From Paraspadella gotoi (Eukaryota > Animalia > Chaetognatha), in the NCBI GenBank assembly GCA_051294375.1, contig CM119268.1, forward strand, positions 9,607,216 through 9,671,215: a DNA stretch of 64,000 nucleotides, given 5' to 3'. This document shows positions 11,771-25,900 of the stretch, piece after piece. Every line of letters starts with the position of its first letter. The stretch's first letter is position 1. The notes below the pieces were generated by a model, which saw nothing but the letters and a program-made list of their open reading frames with translations, had not been told where the DNA came from and ran no database searches. Position numbers and translations under genes: made by a program.

Positions 11771-13926
11771 TTTTATTTCAATTTTTTTTCGAAGAAATTC
11801 TTTTTTGTTTTCTTCATCTCAAGACCGCTGACGAAAAAAAAAATAGGGGGGAAAAAACCTGAGATTTCTTTTCCCTTCAAGTTGAGGATTCTCCTTCAAC
11901 CGCTGTAGTCGTTTCCGCAGAAGATTGCCGCAGCAAATTCCGTCGAAAACGCAGCTGCGACAATCGCCACGCTGCCCCCGCGAAAACGAACGTCCAAAAA
12001 TGCGAAAAACGACGCGGGCGGTGGAAAGGAGGTGGGAAGGGGAGGGAAGGGGGGCCCGGATGTTGGACGAGTATGTCGCGGCGATAATGGGGACGTTGCT
12101 GCGAGGTGGGGGGCCAAGTAGGACGTAAAGGAAAACACTCCGAAGTAAGGATGCGTTGATAAACGTAAACGATTGGGGTCGGTTAAAACTGATTGACGAG
12201 GAGCGCTGTTATTTGCTGCCTTCAGTGCGAATGAGTACGACGCTGACGATCTTAAAGGCCTTTATTCCTTCCAAGACGTGATGTCGTTAAGGTCCAACGT
12301 GCAAATTAGACGTACCGCCGAGAAATTAGCGAAGGATCTAATATATAGCTCTCTTAGCTGAATAAAAGGAAGTTTTTAAGAAAGTGAATCAAAAAAAGTG
12401 GAGGCAATCGATTGTCGAGAAAATATGAGATGTGGTTAAGATGGAGAAGAGAGAAATATCGATAAACGACCGAAGAGAGATCGAAGAGGGCGCAGTCGAT
12501 TCTGTTTGCAAGAAAAGATTAAAAACAAACACGGTTAGGCGAAAAGAATATTTTTATATCGAATCTTCAATATGAAAAAAAGATTTAAGCGTAAAGTAAT
12601 AAGTCTCACCTCAGATCTGAAACCTAGCGTGGGCGTAACGACGATTCGGGAGAGTTTAGGGTTGAGAGTTGTTCTCGACATAGAGACTTAGACTCAGAAT
12701 CAGAGTCAGATATTGATGATTTTTGTGCGTCCAAGTCGCATGTGATTTTATGGGATTTCAGATTATTGACAATTTCTGTTAAGTTACCTATTATTAAATA
12801 TTTCCTTTTTTTTTAAATGTTGATAATTTTGTTCATTTTTTCAGCAAAAAACTTATTAATTCAAATTTTCTCCCAAATTGTTTTTTTTATTTTTTTATAT
12901 TCCGTCTCCTTTACAGTTGACCTTTTGTTTGCTGCACAATTTTATTTATTAGATTAAAGTACAAAATTCACGCGCGGATTTCCATTTATTTACGGATGAT
13001 CGCTCGGCCGCGCCCGCTGCAGCGTGGCGGCGCGGCCGGAGCTGACGTCGTCGGTGGCGACAGATTTCAGAAGGGCAGATCGAGTGCGCAGCTTGAGATT
13101 AGAGAAGTGTGCGATTGTTTTCACGATATGAAGAATTCGAGATTGAAGCTTAAATTTAAATATTTTTCTTTCTTTCTGTGAACCCATTTAAGACGTACAG
13201 GGTACTCGAATGACCGATCAGACGAAAATTTCAATTGTCATTTATGACTTAGAACATTATAAATCCCTCTCCGAGTGTTTTTTAGGAAAGCTTGAGCATT
13301 TACAAGAAAAATAAACATGAGGCATGAGTCAAACTGAACCTGGCGAATATTTGCAAACTCGTAAAAACTTTCGATCGCGTAGTAATTGTCAAAACGCGAA
13401 AACCATTTGTCCTAAGCGAGAATTTTTGAAACGAGCAACGCGAAAAGGATTGGGGTCGTCTTGCATTCACGTCGCCCTCTTTTCACACACACACACTCTC
13501 TCTCTCTTTTCCTCTGTCTCTCTCGCAATCTCCTCCACGCCCCCTCGCATACGCCTCCACTCCCAGCTAATCTCAATCCGTAACCGAAGCGGATCAAAGA
13601 AGAAGCGCCTTGGTCTTGAAAACGGATTTGCCAAGGTTTCCTTTCGTTATATATTTCATTTTTCTATCTTTTTTTTTTCTTTTGTTATGTATTCTTTTGT
13701 ATCGTATCGTGGCGATCGCTCTCAGCGTGAATCATAGAGCGCTAGATTTTTCAAAGCATTTTTATTCTTAGCTTTCACTGAAAGTTTCAGGATATTAAAA
13801 AATATAGGTTTTCAACAAAATTCGAGGTTTTTTTTCTTGACTGTTTAATTTTTTGATTTGTTTGCCAGACTACAAAACGGGCGGGTGCCCGTTGCGATGA
13901 AGATAAACCACTTTGCCGAAAGTGAA

Positions 13927-13962
13927 AGAGAGGAGAGAGAGGAGAGAGAGAGAGAAGAGAGA

Positions 13963-14009
<47 letters not shown>

Positions 14010-14029
14010 AGAGAGAGAGAGAGAGAGAG
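13927..14029. repeat. Imperfect (GA)n microsatellite
   Basis: Purine dinucleotide run. Confidence 0.95.
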
Positions 14030-15724
14030 AATTTGTAGGGGGAGCAAAGATTTTTCACTGCCCAAGCCGCAGGATTTGTCTTCAACTTTGAGGAAAAGAT
14101 TTCGGCTAAACTTTTTCACGGAACAAATGATTAACAAAGCAATAGCTGACGAATCAAAATGATGAATTGTTTAGTGTTTTGTTCTGAAAAAGAATTTGCT
14201 TAGAACCAAATTTATTTCTGGCGGTATGAAATCCGAAAGGTTTTTTCGGCATTTCTTTAAGCTTCATCTTGTTTCAATGTCATTCGGGAGGGACTGAGGG
14301 AGGCACCTGTGATTCGAATTAAACGATCTTTTTATCGATTTGTCAATTCGGTATTTTTATTCTGCCTTTGGTTGATGTATTGTTTTGAGTTTTTCTTTTT
14401 ATCTCGGTGCCTCATCAAGTCGGAAATGCGTTCATTTCGCGATATCTTTACTGTGTATTACAGTGTGTAAGCATAGTGAGATTATATGTACCTTACATAC
14501 AACTCCTTAACACCGAATAGATTCCTTTTTGTTCTTGACGAACGTACGTGCGCAATAACGACGCTTGCATCATCAATATTTATCTCATCGATGTTTTTTT
14601 TTTTACCAAAAATCCGGAAATCAATGATTCGGATTGTTGATGTAATTAGTGGCCAAAAAGTAAACGAGGACCCCGGTGGAGATGAAAATTGTTATGATCG
14701 CCAAAATCAAGCGAAAGTCGATCATTTTCCTTTTTTTAATCTTGTTTTTATTTACCAACGTCCAATTTTAGCAATATTAAAATTAATATTTATCGAGTAT
14801 TTTCCGAAAACTATATACTTTGTAGATTCGCACAAAGCCGTCCGTTCATTGTGATTGTCAGTGGTGAGAGTTTTGTCGAAAAATTCACACGAAATGACTT
14901 TTTCTCTTAGGTTTTTTTTTAGCGTCGGTATCGAATCGCTGAAATTTGGGTTCGCGATTCACAAAAACGCGGATTCACGACTCGCGCCTCACGAGTTCAC
15001 GCGCAGAGTGAAATCCGTTCACTCCGTCCGCTTTCGTCGAAAAAAACTTAATGTTCGCCCGAAAAAAAAAAGGAAGATAAGAGTCAGAAAAAAAATTATA
15101 CGGGAGTGAATGAATGATTCACGGATGATTTTTTTTTTTGGGGGGGGGGAATGGCGTCGGCGATTCGGCATCAAATTACGAAAATCTATCCCGTTTGAGT
15201 CGCTAATTGTATTCAGGTGCTGATCGAAGGTCCTGCAGTGGAAAAAAAAAATTAAGTATTAATTTAGATGGTAGGACGTTGCATTTATTTTTTCTTAATA
15301 CGTTTCTTATTAATTATTTGATTAATGCGAATAAATAATTAAATTGGTTAGTTAACTTTGAATTGAAGTCTAATATTTCGGTTGAGATCTATTTTTCTTC
15401 TTGTTCGTGTTTCGTGCTAGCAAAAAGAACAAGTTCATATTTTTCACAATTCCAGCATCGGGCACGAGTTCATACGTCTTTCTCTCTATCAACGCAGAGA
15501 ATGGTTTATTAAGTAGCAACGAAGGAGGTAGGCGTTGCAAAGCTTTAAAGAAAATGTCGCTTCATAGACGAAGTCTGTGTTTTGAAACCCTGTTTTTGAA
15601 CCACAACACATCGTTGAAAAAACTGTTGCGAGGGATTTGAAAGCGAGGATTAAAGAAGCAACGACGCGTGGCTTCGACGTCTTCCAACGCGCCGAAGTTG
15701 AGGCGCTTCGGGATTGATGGGTGG

Positions 15725-15762
<38 letters not shown>

Positions 15763-18248
15763 TCCTCCGAAGAAAACCATCCAAACAGTGTGATACAATG
15801 AGACAGAGACGAATCTGAAGTGAAGGGAAGAAACTGATTTTGAATGAGGGAGATCGCCGAGAAGGGAGCAATGAACGCGGCGATAAGTCGACTGCGGTTC
15901 TGCCCGGGCGTATGACTCTTTCTTTTTTATTTCCCGTCCGAAGTTATAAAATATTCAAAGGGTGGAATTCGAATGTCACACAATGTCAATAATGATGAGA
16001 ACGAGAGACTGATAAATGTCGTCCCCCGTAAGGTCCTGGGCCTTAAAATATCAAGCTTATGCCACCGGCCTTTCCCCCATACCCCCCCCCCGACAACCTT
16101 AGAAGAATCGTTGATTTGAAACCTTAAGGCCTACGGATCGAAAAGTTGAGCTCAGTGAAGCACCGAATCCATTTATCGGAGTGGAAAACTCCAGAGGAAA
16201 ATGTGATGAGGTTGGGGGAGCGATGTGGATCCCAGGGACATGAAAAATTGTAGCAAAAGTAATCCCTGTGACAGAATAGAAATTGATAAACCCCGTGGGA
16301 TTATAATCGTCGCGATCGATAGCTATCCAAGTGACAAGACTTAGAATGCAAAAGCGGGAACGATAGCAATTCTACTAGTGACGGATAGAAAGACGGGACA
16401 CAAGTACAAGTTGCAGATTTTTGTTGTATGTTGACTTGATCATGGTTAGTTAATTAAAATAAATACTAAATATTGAACATTTAACTTTTTTTAAGGGCAT
16501 TCTTGATTGACATAACATTATATATTGTTTCACAGTTTGATACTTATTTGCAGTTGCAAAGGCAAAAGTAATGACTATTGAAGCGATTATCGGAAGCAAA
16601 ATAAAACCTTTTGAACATTTTTTTTTTGAAAACGAGGTTTGTTTAAACGCCTTCAAACACAATTAAGAAAAAGGTACAAATTTTTGATTTAAACACTTAG
16701 ACGTTTAGTTGCTTTTCACGAAAGACGCTTCCTCATCACTTGGAAAGCGATTCTCGGGAGAATCTCGCCGGGGTTTCTCTTTCTCTCTCTTCTCTCTCTC
16801 TCCAAAGGTTATGAAGCAACTATGCGAGTAAATAGAATACGGGAGAGTGATGAACTCTATGAAGCTCTGGCCAAAAGGCCTACTCGCGGAAAATGAGTGA
16901 AGTCTGAAAAATGAAAAACTAAATTGAATCGAGTCTGTGGAATGAGTCAGTATTTCTATTTGCCCATGCAGCCGAAGCAATATTTAGAATTCAAGCGTAC
17001 ATTGGTAGTATCTTTAATCTCTGTCAATGGGCAGGAGAAATGTTTTATTAGTTTATATGAATTATGATAAAATATATTGAATTTTCAATATAAAAAAAAC
17101 GTTCGTATCATTTTCGTCAACTAAATCATTGACATATTATTTTACTAATTCCGTCCTCCACTACTAATTCCGAAACGCAATGAAATCGAAAGAAAATTAC
17201 TCAAACTCATAATTTCATGTATCTAAATCTTACGTTAAAGAAAATTGATTATGAATTTAAGTTCCACAAAAAAGTAATATGACTGATTATATAAAAAACA
17301 TTACACTAAATATTTACATCACTCCACTCTATTGGATAGAGTCAACAGTCAACAAAGGCAACACAAATCTCTCCATTATTCGCACTTCGGCTTAAACTTT
17401 ACGACCTTCTTTTATTTTTTAGCAATTAGCAATTGCGATTTTAGCAGTCCGGTCCCTCCCGCCCCAACAAACCAGGATCCTTCTCACGCAAACCATGAAA
17501 CAGTGACCCAAATAACGACTCGGGGATTTTTATGAGTTTTTAACTGAATCGAAGGGGAGAAATATGACGTGCAGAAAAACGATCAATGAAGGCGTCAAAA
17601 TTTTTAAAAAGTATTTTGTTGTATTCATGAAAGAAAAATATCGCCAGTTCCTCCAAATAACATATCAGTAAAAATATACTCCATTACACATTTATAAAAT
17701 TATTCAAAAGTAACACCTTGTACTTATCCCGAGAATGATTCACGAGATTTTGAGCAAAAGCGAAAAAAATGCAGAACGAAACTCGAGCGCGCGAGGGAGG
17801 CAAATCTTCTAGAGAGCGTGATAATTAAAGCCTAAACCTTTTTTTCTTAGAGAATCTTAAATATTGATTGGCTTATACTTAAGCAATACGTTATTTTTCA
17901 ACTTTTACTCTGCTTTTATTTGGCAGCGTCTGTTTAGTATGGCTATGGGAAATAAGGGACATCAGCTCCTTCCATCGCTTTCACTTTGCCATTATTTTTA
18001 TCCTCTTCTTCTTTCTCTTCCTCCTCAATATGAGTTCACGCTGACGTTTTTCTATCTTGTCCCGCCGCGACAGGAGAAGCACTTGTAACATGGAAGAAAG
18101 GCCGCAGCAGCCACTAGAAGGCATTGCCATTCATATTTGAATATTATAAACAATTTTATTTAAAATTTAAACAATATTAAACAATGTTCAAAAATGTTAA
18201 TTGAAAAATGAATATTGATTAATCATCATGACTCTCTAAACAGTAATA

Positions 18249-18880
18249 CAGATCTGCTCAAAAAAAAGTTTAAAAGTTATGATAAAAGCATTTTATTTCG
18301 TTATTTGAAAGAAAATAAGTTAATACATTGTCAGACCACTATTTGCTTCCAGCACTGTTTCCATGAGACAAGGGAGTGAGTCGTAAAGGCTGGGCAAATA
18401 TTAAGTGTTCAGCTCCCACAAATATGTTTTAAAATGTTCAGGATTTTGTCGACTGTCATTGCATTATACTACAAAATATCTTTTTTCATCCTTGACCAAA
18501 CATTTTCGATGATGTTACAGTCAGGCGAGTTTCCGGGCTAACCCTCGAGCACCTCCATCCCGTTTTCCTCATGAATTTTTTGGGGGGCTTTAGCTTTGTA
18601 TCCAGGAGCTCTATCCTCTATTAAAATCTGCAGATAATTGTAGGAAAAAAATGAAGCCGTTTGGCGATCCTATATCTTGACAAACCCGCTCTCCAAAGCT
18701 CAACAATTGCAGCTTTCTTTTTGATCCTTTTTATTTTATTTTAACTTAAAAACCTTGTCATAGGCTCGAATGAAAGATATTTGTTTTGGCCTTCATTGAA
18801 TCCAAGAATTAATTAATAGGACGACAAACAAGCGAGATAGTAAGGGGTTCAAAGTTTAAACTTTTTTTTGAGCAGATCTG
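18249..18880. mobile_element. Tc1/mariner-type non-autonomous element
   Basis: Perfect TIRs CAGATCTGCTCAAAAAAAAGTTTAAA / TTTAAACTTTTTTTTGAGCAGATCTG with a TA duplication on both sides. Confidence 0.88.
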
Positions 18881-19011
18881 TATGTATGGAAACTTAAAAT
18901 TCAATTTTGCTTCTAGCTTTTGGCACAACAAAATCTAAATCTTGAGGTCTGTCCCTTGAAACGTCATATAAAAATACGAACCATACTTGTGAAAAGCAGT
19001 TGCAAATCCTA

Positions 19012-19270
19012 AATTCGCCTTTAGTATAGCTTGGTGAAAGTCAGTCCGTCCTATTGGCTTGGGCAGCTAAGTACTCGTTCACCAACCGTTCAATCCCCTC
19101 ACGGCCATGCTGGTTAAGTGTGATGGCGTCGGCATAAACACGACAGTGACATGGGGTGGTCAATACAGGTCCAAAGCCCGGAGCGACAGATGCCCGACAC
19201 CCTAGAAAACGCACGTCTCCCCGTTGCCATCAAGGTTTATGGCGGAGTGGACTTACTTCTGCAACCTTAT
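19012..19270 (+). mobile_element. Dispersed SINE-like repeat (copy A)
   Basis: Collinear with the reverse complement of 60835-61025: gtatagcttgg, attggcttg, cctcacgg, gctggttaagtgtga.gg.gtcggcataaaca, gtgacatggggt. Confidence 0.7.
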
Positions 19271-19598
19271 CAGAGGGCCTATAGTATATATAGTTTCACT
19301 AGCTATCTTCTACTGTAAAATGTTTTTTAATAAATATCAGCATGCTAATTTAGCCAATAAAAATGTCAAAAATAATACAGTTGACACCTTGAAGTACTAG
19401 ACTTCATGATAATACCGCATGTTTGTTATTCTGCATCTTTTAAGATCAGTATTTCAATGTAGAAAGTGCAACCTATAAATGAATGATACATCATACAGAT
19501 TAAAAAGAACTCGGGAGACAAACTCGACAAAGGGTCACAGGAGGGTAAAAATGGCAGAAAGTACGAGACTAGCTACGAAATTGAGGCATCTTAGTGAA

Positions 19599-21006
19599 TC
19601 ACGTTGTCGACGAGGGCTGCTCCATTGGTGACATCTCGTGGCAATAAAGGATGTCATAATGACCCGGGCGATAGAGAAGAAAAATCTTAGGTTTCGTGCC
19701 TTCGGGGAAAACATGCTGGACGCATGCGTCTCTGGCCCCGCGGTCCATGTATTCCACCGAAACGGAAACGTCGAGGGCTAAAACAAAATGCAAACGTAAA
19801 ACCGAAGATTTAAATAATTTTCAATATTTAAAAATAAGAACGATTTTGGTGTTCTCCAATAAAGTGAGCACAAAATTATGAGCTAGAGTAGCTGTAGTAC
19901 TCATCAATCATCATAGACAGTAAGTAAAAGTAAAAGTAACAAATTCTATATAATATGGCCGAAATTTATGAAAATTACCAGTTGTCAAAGCGATTATGTG
20001 TATATGATCCGACTCCTTGCCCATGGGTTCGACCTCTTGGTTGCAAAAATCTTTTACGGTCCTCCCGCCGTCGACAAAATTTTCATAGAACTCGGCATCT
20101 TTTTGTAGTTGACCCGAAGTAATCAATCTGTTGAGTAAAGAAGAATTTTATTAATTGTTGGAAAAAAAGCAAATACCATAAACACATTACACAATATTGA
20201 ACAGACCTGAGAAAAACGATGAGATAATCGGACATTCCCTGCTCGTTGAAAGTACGGATGAGATCTTCCTCCGACATGTCTTTCTCTAATTTTTCAATCA
20301 TTTCCAAAAAAGTATCATGAAAATCTTCGACGGTGAATTGGGGAAATCCCAACGTCGAAACCAACAGATCCTTCATATCTACCAAAAAAATTATCGCATA
20401 TAGGAAACTCAAAGAATATATTGTCATTTTATGAAATGTGCTTCATACCGGTACATTTTTGCTTGAAGGCTTTGCTTTCTCCAGGATTAATTCTTAGAAG
20501 ATATTCGAAGTAGGCAAAACCAAAAGCACGAAAAAAGCAATTCCCATCGCCCCTTGTTCTGCGCATCGAAGAATAGCGAGCTTGGAGATCCTTAAGAAAT
20601 AAGATAAATATTTTTATTTTGTAGGAGTTTCTGAACAAAAGTCAACAAGAATAATTGATATAACTTGTGATGAATATTATAATAATTAATAATCATTTAT
20701 TCGCAAAATATAAACTACCCACCGTTATTTTTTGAAGGTAAACAGGATCAGAAATGTATTCCTGCCGTAATTTCGAAAATTCTGCGACGTGGCCGACCAA
20801 AGGGGCACTCTCCTGCACCTAGAAAAGTTTTACCAGTTGAATATAATAATAATCGTGATTTCTGGCCATAAAAAATTTTATTACGATCTACCTCATTCTA
20901 AAGTACTAACCTCTTTCTCCAATAACCGTTCTTGAGCCATAATTTTTTCGTCATAATCATGAGAAGATTGATCAACTTTCTCCAAATCCTCTGTGCTATC
21001 AGCCAT
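19599..21006 (-). CDS. OTUB1: Ubiquitin thioesterase otubain (6 coding exons)
   Basis: RRTRGDGNCFFRAF catalytic Cys motif, QEVEPMGKESDHIHIIAL, LLYRPGHYDILY His motif; canonical introns. Confidence 0.96.
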
Positions 21007-21419
21007 GCTGAAATATTTTTAGGTAACGTTTTCTGTTTGACTGAGCGATTTACTTATATCTGGAGAATAATTTATTTAATGCGCAAATAAGGATGTCTTT
21101 CAGTGGATACGAATATATGGAGAAACAAGAAGCCTGTTTTTATCAAGTCATTTAATGTTTATTGAACTTGTTGATAATTCCTTTTTAAAATTCATAAGAA
21201 TTGTGTCGCCTACGAATGTCAAAAAATAAACAAGATGAGGAACAGTAAAACCCTTTACACCCTCATACGTCATAAGTTGCAATAGCGGTGGGGATGATAA
21301 TATAATATAATAGGACCCGCCAGTCATTATTATGAGGACATTATTTCGTTTTAATGTTATGTAGTTAAAAACGCTGCCGCCCTTGTTAATTTCGCCTCCC
21401 AACATAAACCTTTAACACT

Positions 21420-21950
21420 TACGACGTCAAGTACGATTGTAAGCAGGAGCTTGAAAAAATTACTGGCTAAATTTTAATTTTTATCATCTCAGAGAAAATA
21501 ACAATAGAACACTCATCCCAGACCCGCGAGAAGTCTGGTTTAATATTTTTTTTCTGTAAGGGAAAAAAGAAAAAAAATCACGAATAGAAAATATTCGAGT
21601 CATTGGCAGTTGTCAAAGAGAAAGGTAAACGAGGAAAAACGATAGGGGAACAATTGAGAGGTAGATCGTGCGTTATGGTTTCAATTTGTTGGTTTTAAGA
21701 GAGCGACAGAGATTTTCTCTTTTTCTCTGTCAATTTGTTTACTTCCTCCGTCGAGCGGACGAAATTTTGTTTTGATCTAATTTGAAGGAGGACCCGAATC
21801 GGCATAAATCGTAACAATCCGAGGCTCTTTGCGCCCTCTTACACTGGCTAATGGCAACGAGGGATTTGTCGTATTATATTTTTTTCTTTTCGTTTTTCGT
21901 TTTTCGTTTTTGGTATTTTCTGAAATTTTGGTAGAGCGCTTTGACCTGCA
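21420..21950. promoter_or_regulatory. Probable bidirectional promoter between otubain and exportin-6
   Basis: Head-to-head genes; minus-strand 5'UTR donor (gtaagt at ~21422) pairs with the tttcag acceptor just before the otubain ATG. Boundaries are inferred. Confidence 0.45.
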
Positions 21951-22982
21951 AAGTTAAGAAATTTAATTTCGGTAATTTTGATTGATATTGGGTTGGTAAT
22001 TTCAATACTTTGAATTGTTTCTAAGGGTTGATTAAATCACATCCAAACCCAAGTTACACAGGCGACCTCCATCCACTCGGCGTCTGTTCGTCGATTCGTT
22101 TGTTAGATCCAAAGACTCACAAATCGTGATATCTGTGTTTAAACTTTATTACGTCGTCACAATGATTTACCGTTTATTTATGATCTTTTCTCTACATTCG
22201 TCAATCGTCATCGTCGTGATTCAGTTATTTTGTTCGGAAATTCAGTATTTTTTCAGTATTATTCATTGCGTTCTGAATCCTTACGTTTTCTTTATATAAT
22301 TCATTGTAATTCTTTTGAATGTTTAAATAATATTTTTGATATTATTTTGTTTACTGTTTGAATATCTATATCTATGTTCGTCCACAGTACCCTTTCTAAA
22401 CTCTTCATAAACTCAGAGAAATAAAGAGACTATTTGATCGTCGATCTGCTCAAGCCACCAAATCATGCCTTTGAAGAATCTCTGGACTACCGAAGCATCT
22501 CGCCGGGGTTGAGGAGTTTCCTCAAATATTCTTCGAATATTCTCGGGGGCGTTTTAGGAGGAGGACGGACCGGCGGGTCCTAACACGTTCAGTTCCTATA
22601 TCTGACTGCACAACACGAAAATAGTAATTGCCATCACCGACCGTCTTTCGTATAAGTTAAACCTAAACCAGGAGCTGGATCCATGAAATGTGTTGAATAT
22701 AACGCTTTATTTCTATATATGACTTCACTGAACCTTATTGAAATTCTGCTGGTTTGTTCATTCTTATGCTTATGTACCTTTTTACGTGAACTTAGATCTT
22801 TATATATGTATTATGTATTCGTTGACCACTTTCTTTCCATAAATGCTTTAATAGTTTCATGGTTTGGAAAACTGAAGTCTAAAGTCTAATTTTCTGCTTG
22901 CATCTAATTTCATTTTGCTTTTACTCAAAATTTAGGAAAACGTCTTGATTCCGTGGTTTCTTCAACGCTTAGGTTTGCCGCC

Positions 22983-25900
22983 ATGACGTCAACTGGGTCG
23001 TCGCAAGACGCCGAGGGGTCATTGCGAGCGCTGGAGACCATCTTGGCGGAGTTTTTTGCGGCGCCTACGACCAACCATCGAAAGCGCGAAATCGAGGCTT
23101 TGCTGAACGATTTCGCTTCCCAGACTGACTCTTGGCGTCATGCTCTCTACTTCCTCGCCAAATCGAACAATGATTACGTCCTGATGTACGCCATGACGGT
23201 TGTTGAAAATACTATCAACAAGAGTTGGCCAGGTCTTCGGTCTGACGTGAAGACGCACATTCGTGATACCTTGACGTCAATGTTATTGGAGCGGCACGAT
23301 CACGCGCAATACTTCGTCCGCAACAAACTTTCCAAGCTCATAGTCGACATAGGCCGACTAGACTGGCCACATTTTTATCCCGACTTTATGGATAACATCT
23401 TCCTACTGATTCAGTCCCCGTCCACCACGTTACTGGGCATGATTCTTCTTCAGACTGCTTCGGAGGAATTGGTAACGCCTCGCTCGGAAGAAATAGCGGC
23501 TTCGAGGAAGGAGGAGCTGAAAAAACTGTTGCTTGCGCAGGCGCCGACAGCGCTAACCCTTGTGGCCGGCGTGCTGGACGGAAGTTTGGAGAAAGCGCTG
23601 CAGAGGCAAACATCTACACCTCCCCCTTCTCCCACCAACGGCCACGCGGGAGAAAGCGCGACTCCGTTCGTCACGCCCCACGCCTCCGGTCGTAACACTC
23701 CCACGTTCGGCAACGCCTTTAGTTCCCCACCGCCGCCTTCCTCGTTATTAACTTCCATTTTCCAGTCTCCTGCGGGAAAGCACAAGGTGGAGTGGCATGC
23801 TCCGCCACTTGACTCGGACATGCGCTCGGTTTGCGCCCAAGCGCTTGTCTGTCTCACTCAGTTGTTCTCTTGGATGCCGCTCTCTAACGTGACGCCTTCG
23901 ATACTCTCAACCATTTTTCAGTTTGTCGCTTACGGGTTGGATCCGACGCCTACGGTTCCCATTATTTCCTCGTCTACCAAGCCATCATCGGCCGCGCCTT
24001 CTTACCCCACCATTGCAACCTTGGCCATGTGCTGCGTTAACGAATTGCTCGCCAAGAACTGCGTCCCTCGCGAGTTCGAATCCTACCTCTTACTAACCTT
24101 TCAACAAACGTTTTACTTGCTGCAACGATTCACCAAGGAAGGAACTCAATACGAGGACGCTAACCACTCCGCCTCTAAGTCGTTGGAGAACATCGACGAG
24201 GCCTTCTTAGAAAAGTGCACAGAATTTTTGAGACTTTTCGTCGGCGTTCACTTGCGCCGCTTCGAAGCTTCGGGAGAGTTTCCCATGCTAGAATTTTTAT
24301 CGCTGCTATTTAAATTCACTTTCAAACAACCGACACCCGAAGGATTCTACGCCTGCTTGGAAATTTGGAACGTTTTCCTCGATTACGTCAACGTCAAGAT
24401 GCGCAATAAAATGTCCAACGATGAGAAGTCGGCTTTCCTGGGTCGCTACCGTCCAGCGTTGGAATCGCTTTCGGCGGAAATATTACAAAAACTCCAGTTC
24501 AAGTACAACCAGTCTCAGCTCGAAGAATTAGACGATGAAGTGTACGAAGACGGACAGGTTTCCGACTGGCAGACTTTTCTAAGGGAGTGCGTGGAAGTTG
24601 TTTCGAAAATTTCTGAACTCTTACCGGCTCAAGTTTTCGGCATCGTTTATCCCGCATTCGAGGAACTCCTCAACGTCTACATCGGATTAGGGTCGTTCGT
24701 TCATAAGAAACAAAACGGCGAGAGGGAGTTGACGATAGTAGCAGAAAATGAATGTCGCAAACTCCACTGCTCATTGCGAGATCTCTCTTCCCTGTTACAG
24801 ACGATGGGAAGATTGGCCGATCACTTTGTCGGAGAAAACTTTCAAGCAATGATCGAGGACGGCAAGACGCTTGTCCACAAAATTGTCTCCGCCGCCATCT
24901 ATGGTTCTGAAATAAAGCTGTATAAAGTGACTACCGTCATACAGTCTGTGTTGGTCCCGGATTTCGTGGAGGTTCACGCCCAGTCTCTCGCGGCAGTCCA
25001 AGCGTTTTGTCCCTGGTTGGCCCAGTTTCAACTTATGTCGAAACAAAGCGAAAGTCCCAGTGATGGGGACGCTTTTTTTCAGGCGATAAAAAGCGGGATC
25101 GAACTGAGCGTCCCACTTTTCGAAAAGGACACGCCTCCCAGAATCTCGCTCGCTTCGGCCCACCTTCTTCGCTCGGTCACTGCAACGGTTCGTCCGCATT
25201 CCCTCGTAAGCGTTCCGGCTTTTCAATCTTTGTTCACCCAACTAGAGAGCGGATCTTTCTCGCACCTTCAAAGAACGACGTATTTAGTAATTTTTCAAGC
25301 GCTTTCAAATCATCTACTCTTGCCATACGCGGGCGTTGCTCCGGATGGCGAGCAAAACTGGAGCGTGAGATCTACTCAGCATGCGCTCTTGTTAAAAAAC
25401 TTGACCTACGCTTTCACCTCCGCCTGCTCTCGTTGTGCTCTTGGCCTGGACGAGGCGCGAAACACGCTCGTTCATCAGCATAAAGACGTGATATTATCAA
25501 CTCTGGAATTATTGAAAGAGTTAGTCCATTCTGTGGAAAATGAAGGCATGCGGTCGAAGCAAATTTGCTGCCAATCAATTAGGGACGCTACTCAGGCCGC
25601 CATTTCTATATTTCCCGTCATCATTCAACATCATGAACTAAGTGACGCAACTTTAGGATTCTTTCTCGTCGTCGTCGAGGGTTTGCACGCGCAAATCGGT
25701 GTCCCGTTGGTGGAGCAAATGCTTAGAACATTCCTCGTGCTCTTCACCCGGGAACAGTTGTCTGCGGCCATCGCCAATGAAAATGCTCTAGGATGCGCAG
25801 CCATTGAAAAATTTTTGCAAATATTGCGCATTGTCATCCAGCAACCTGGAGCGACATTCAAAAGCCTCATGCCAAATATTCTAAATCTTTCCGTAGACGA

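Noticed and set aside
15470-15610. Minus-strand MCCGSKTG... as an alternative palmitoylated first exon
   Set aside because: No convincing GT donor and no homology.
16847-16908. C/D snoRNA-like GTGATGA...CTGA
   Set aside because: No terminal stem, no recognisable rRNA guide and no host intron.
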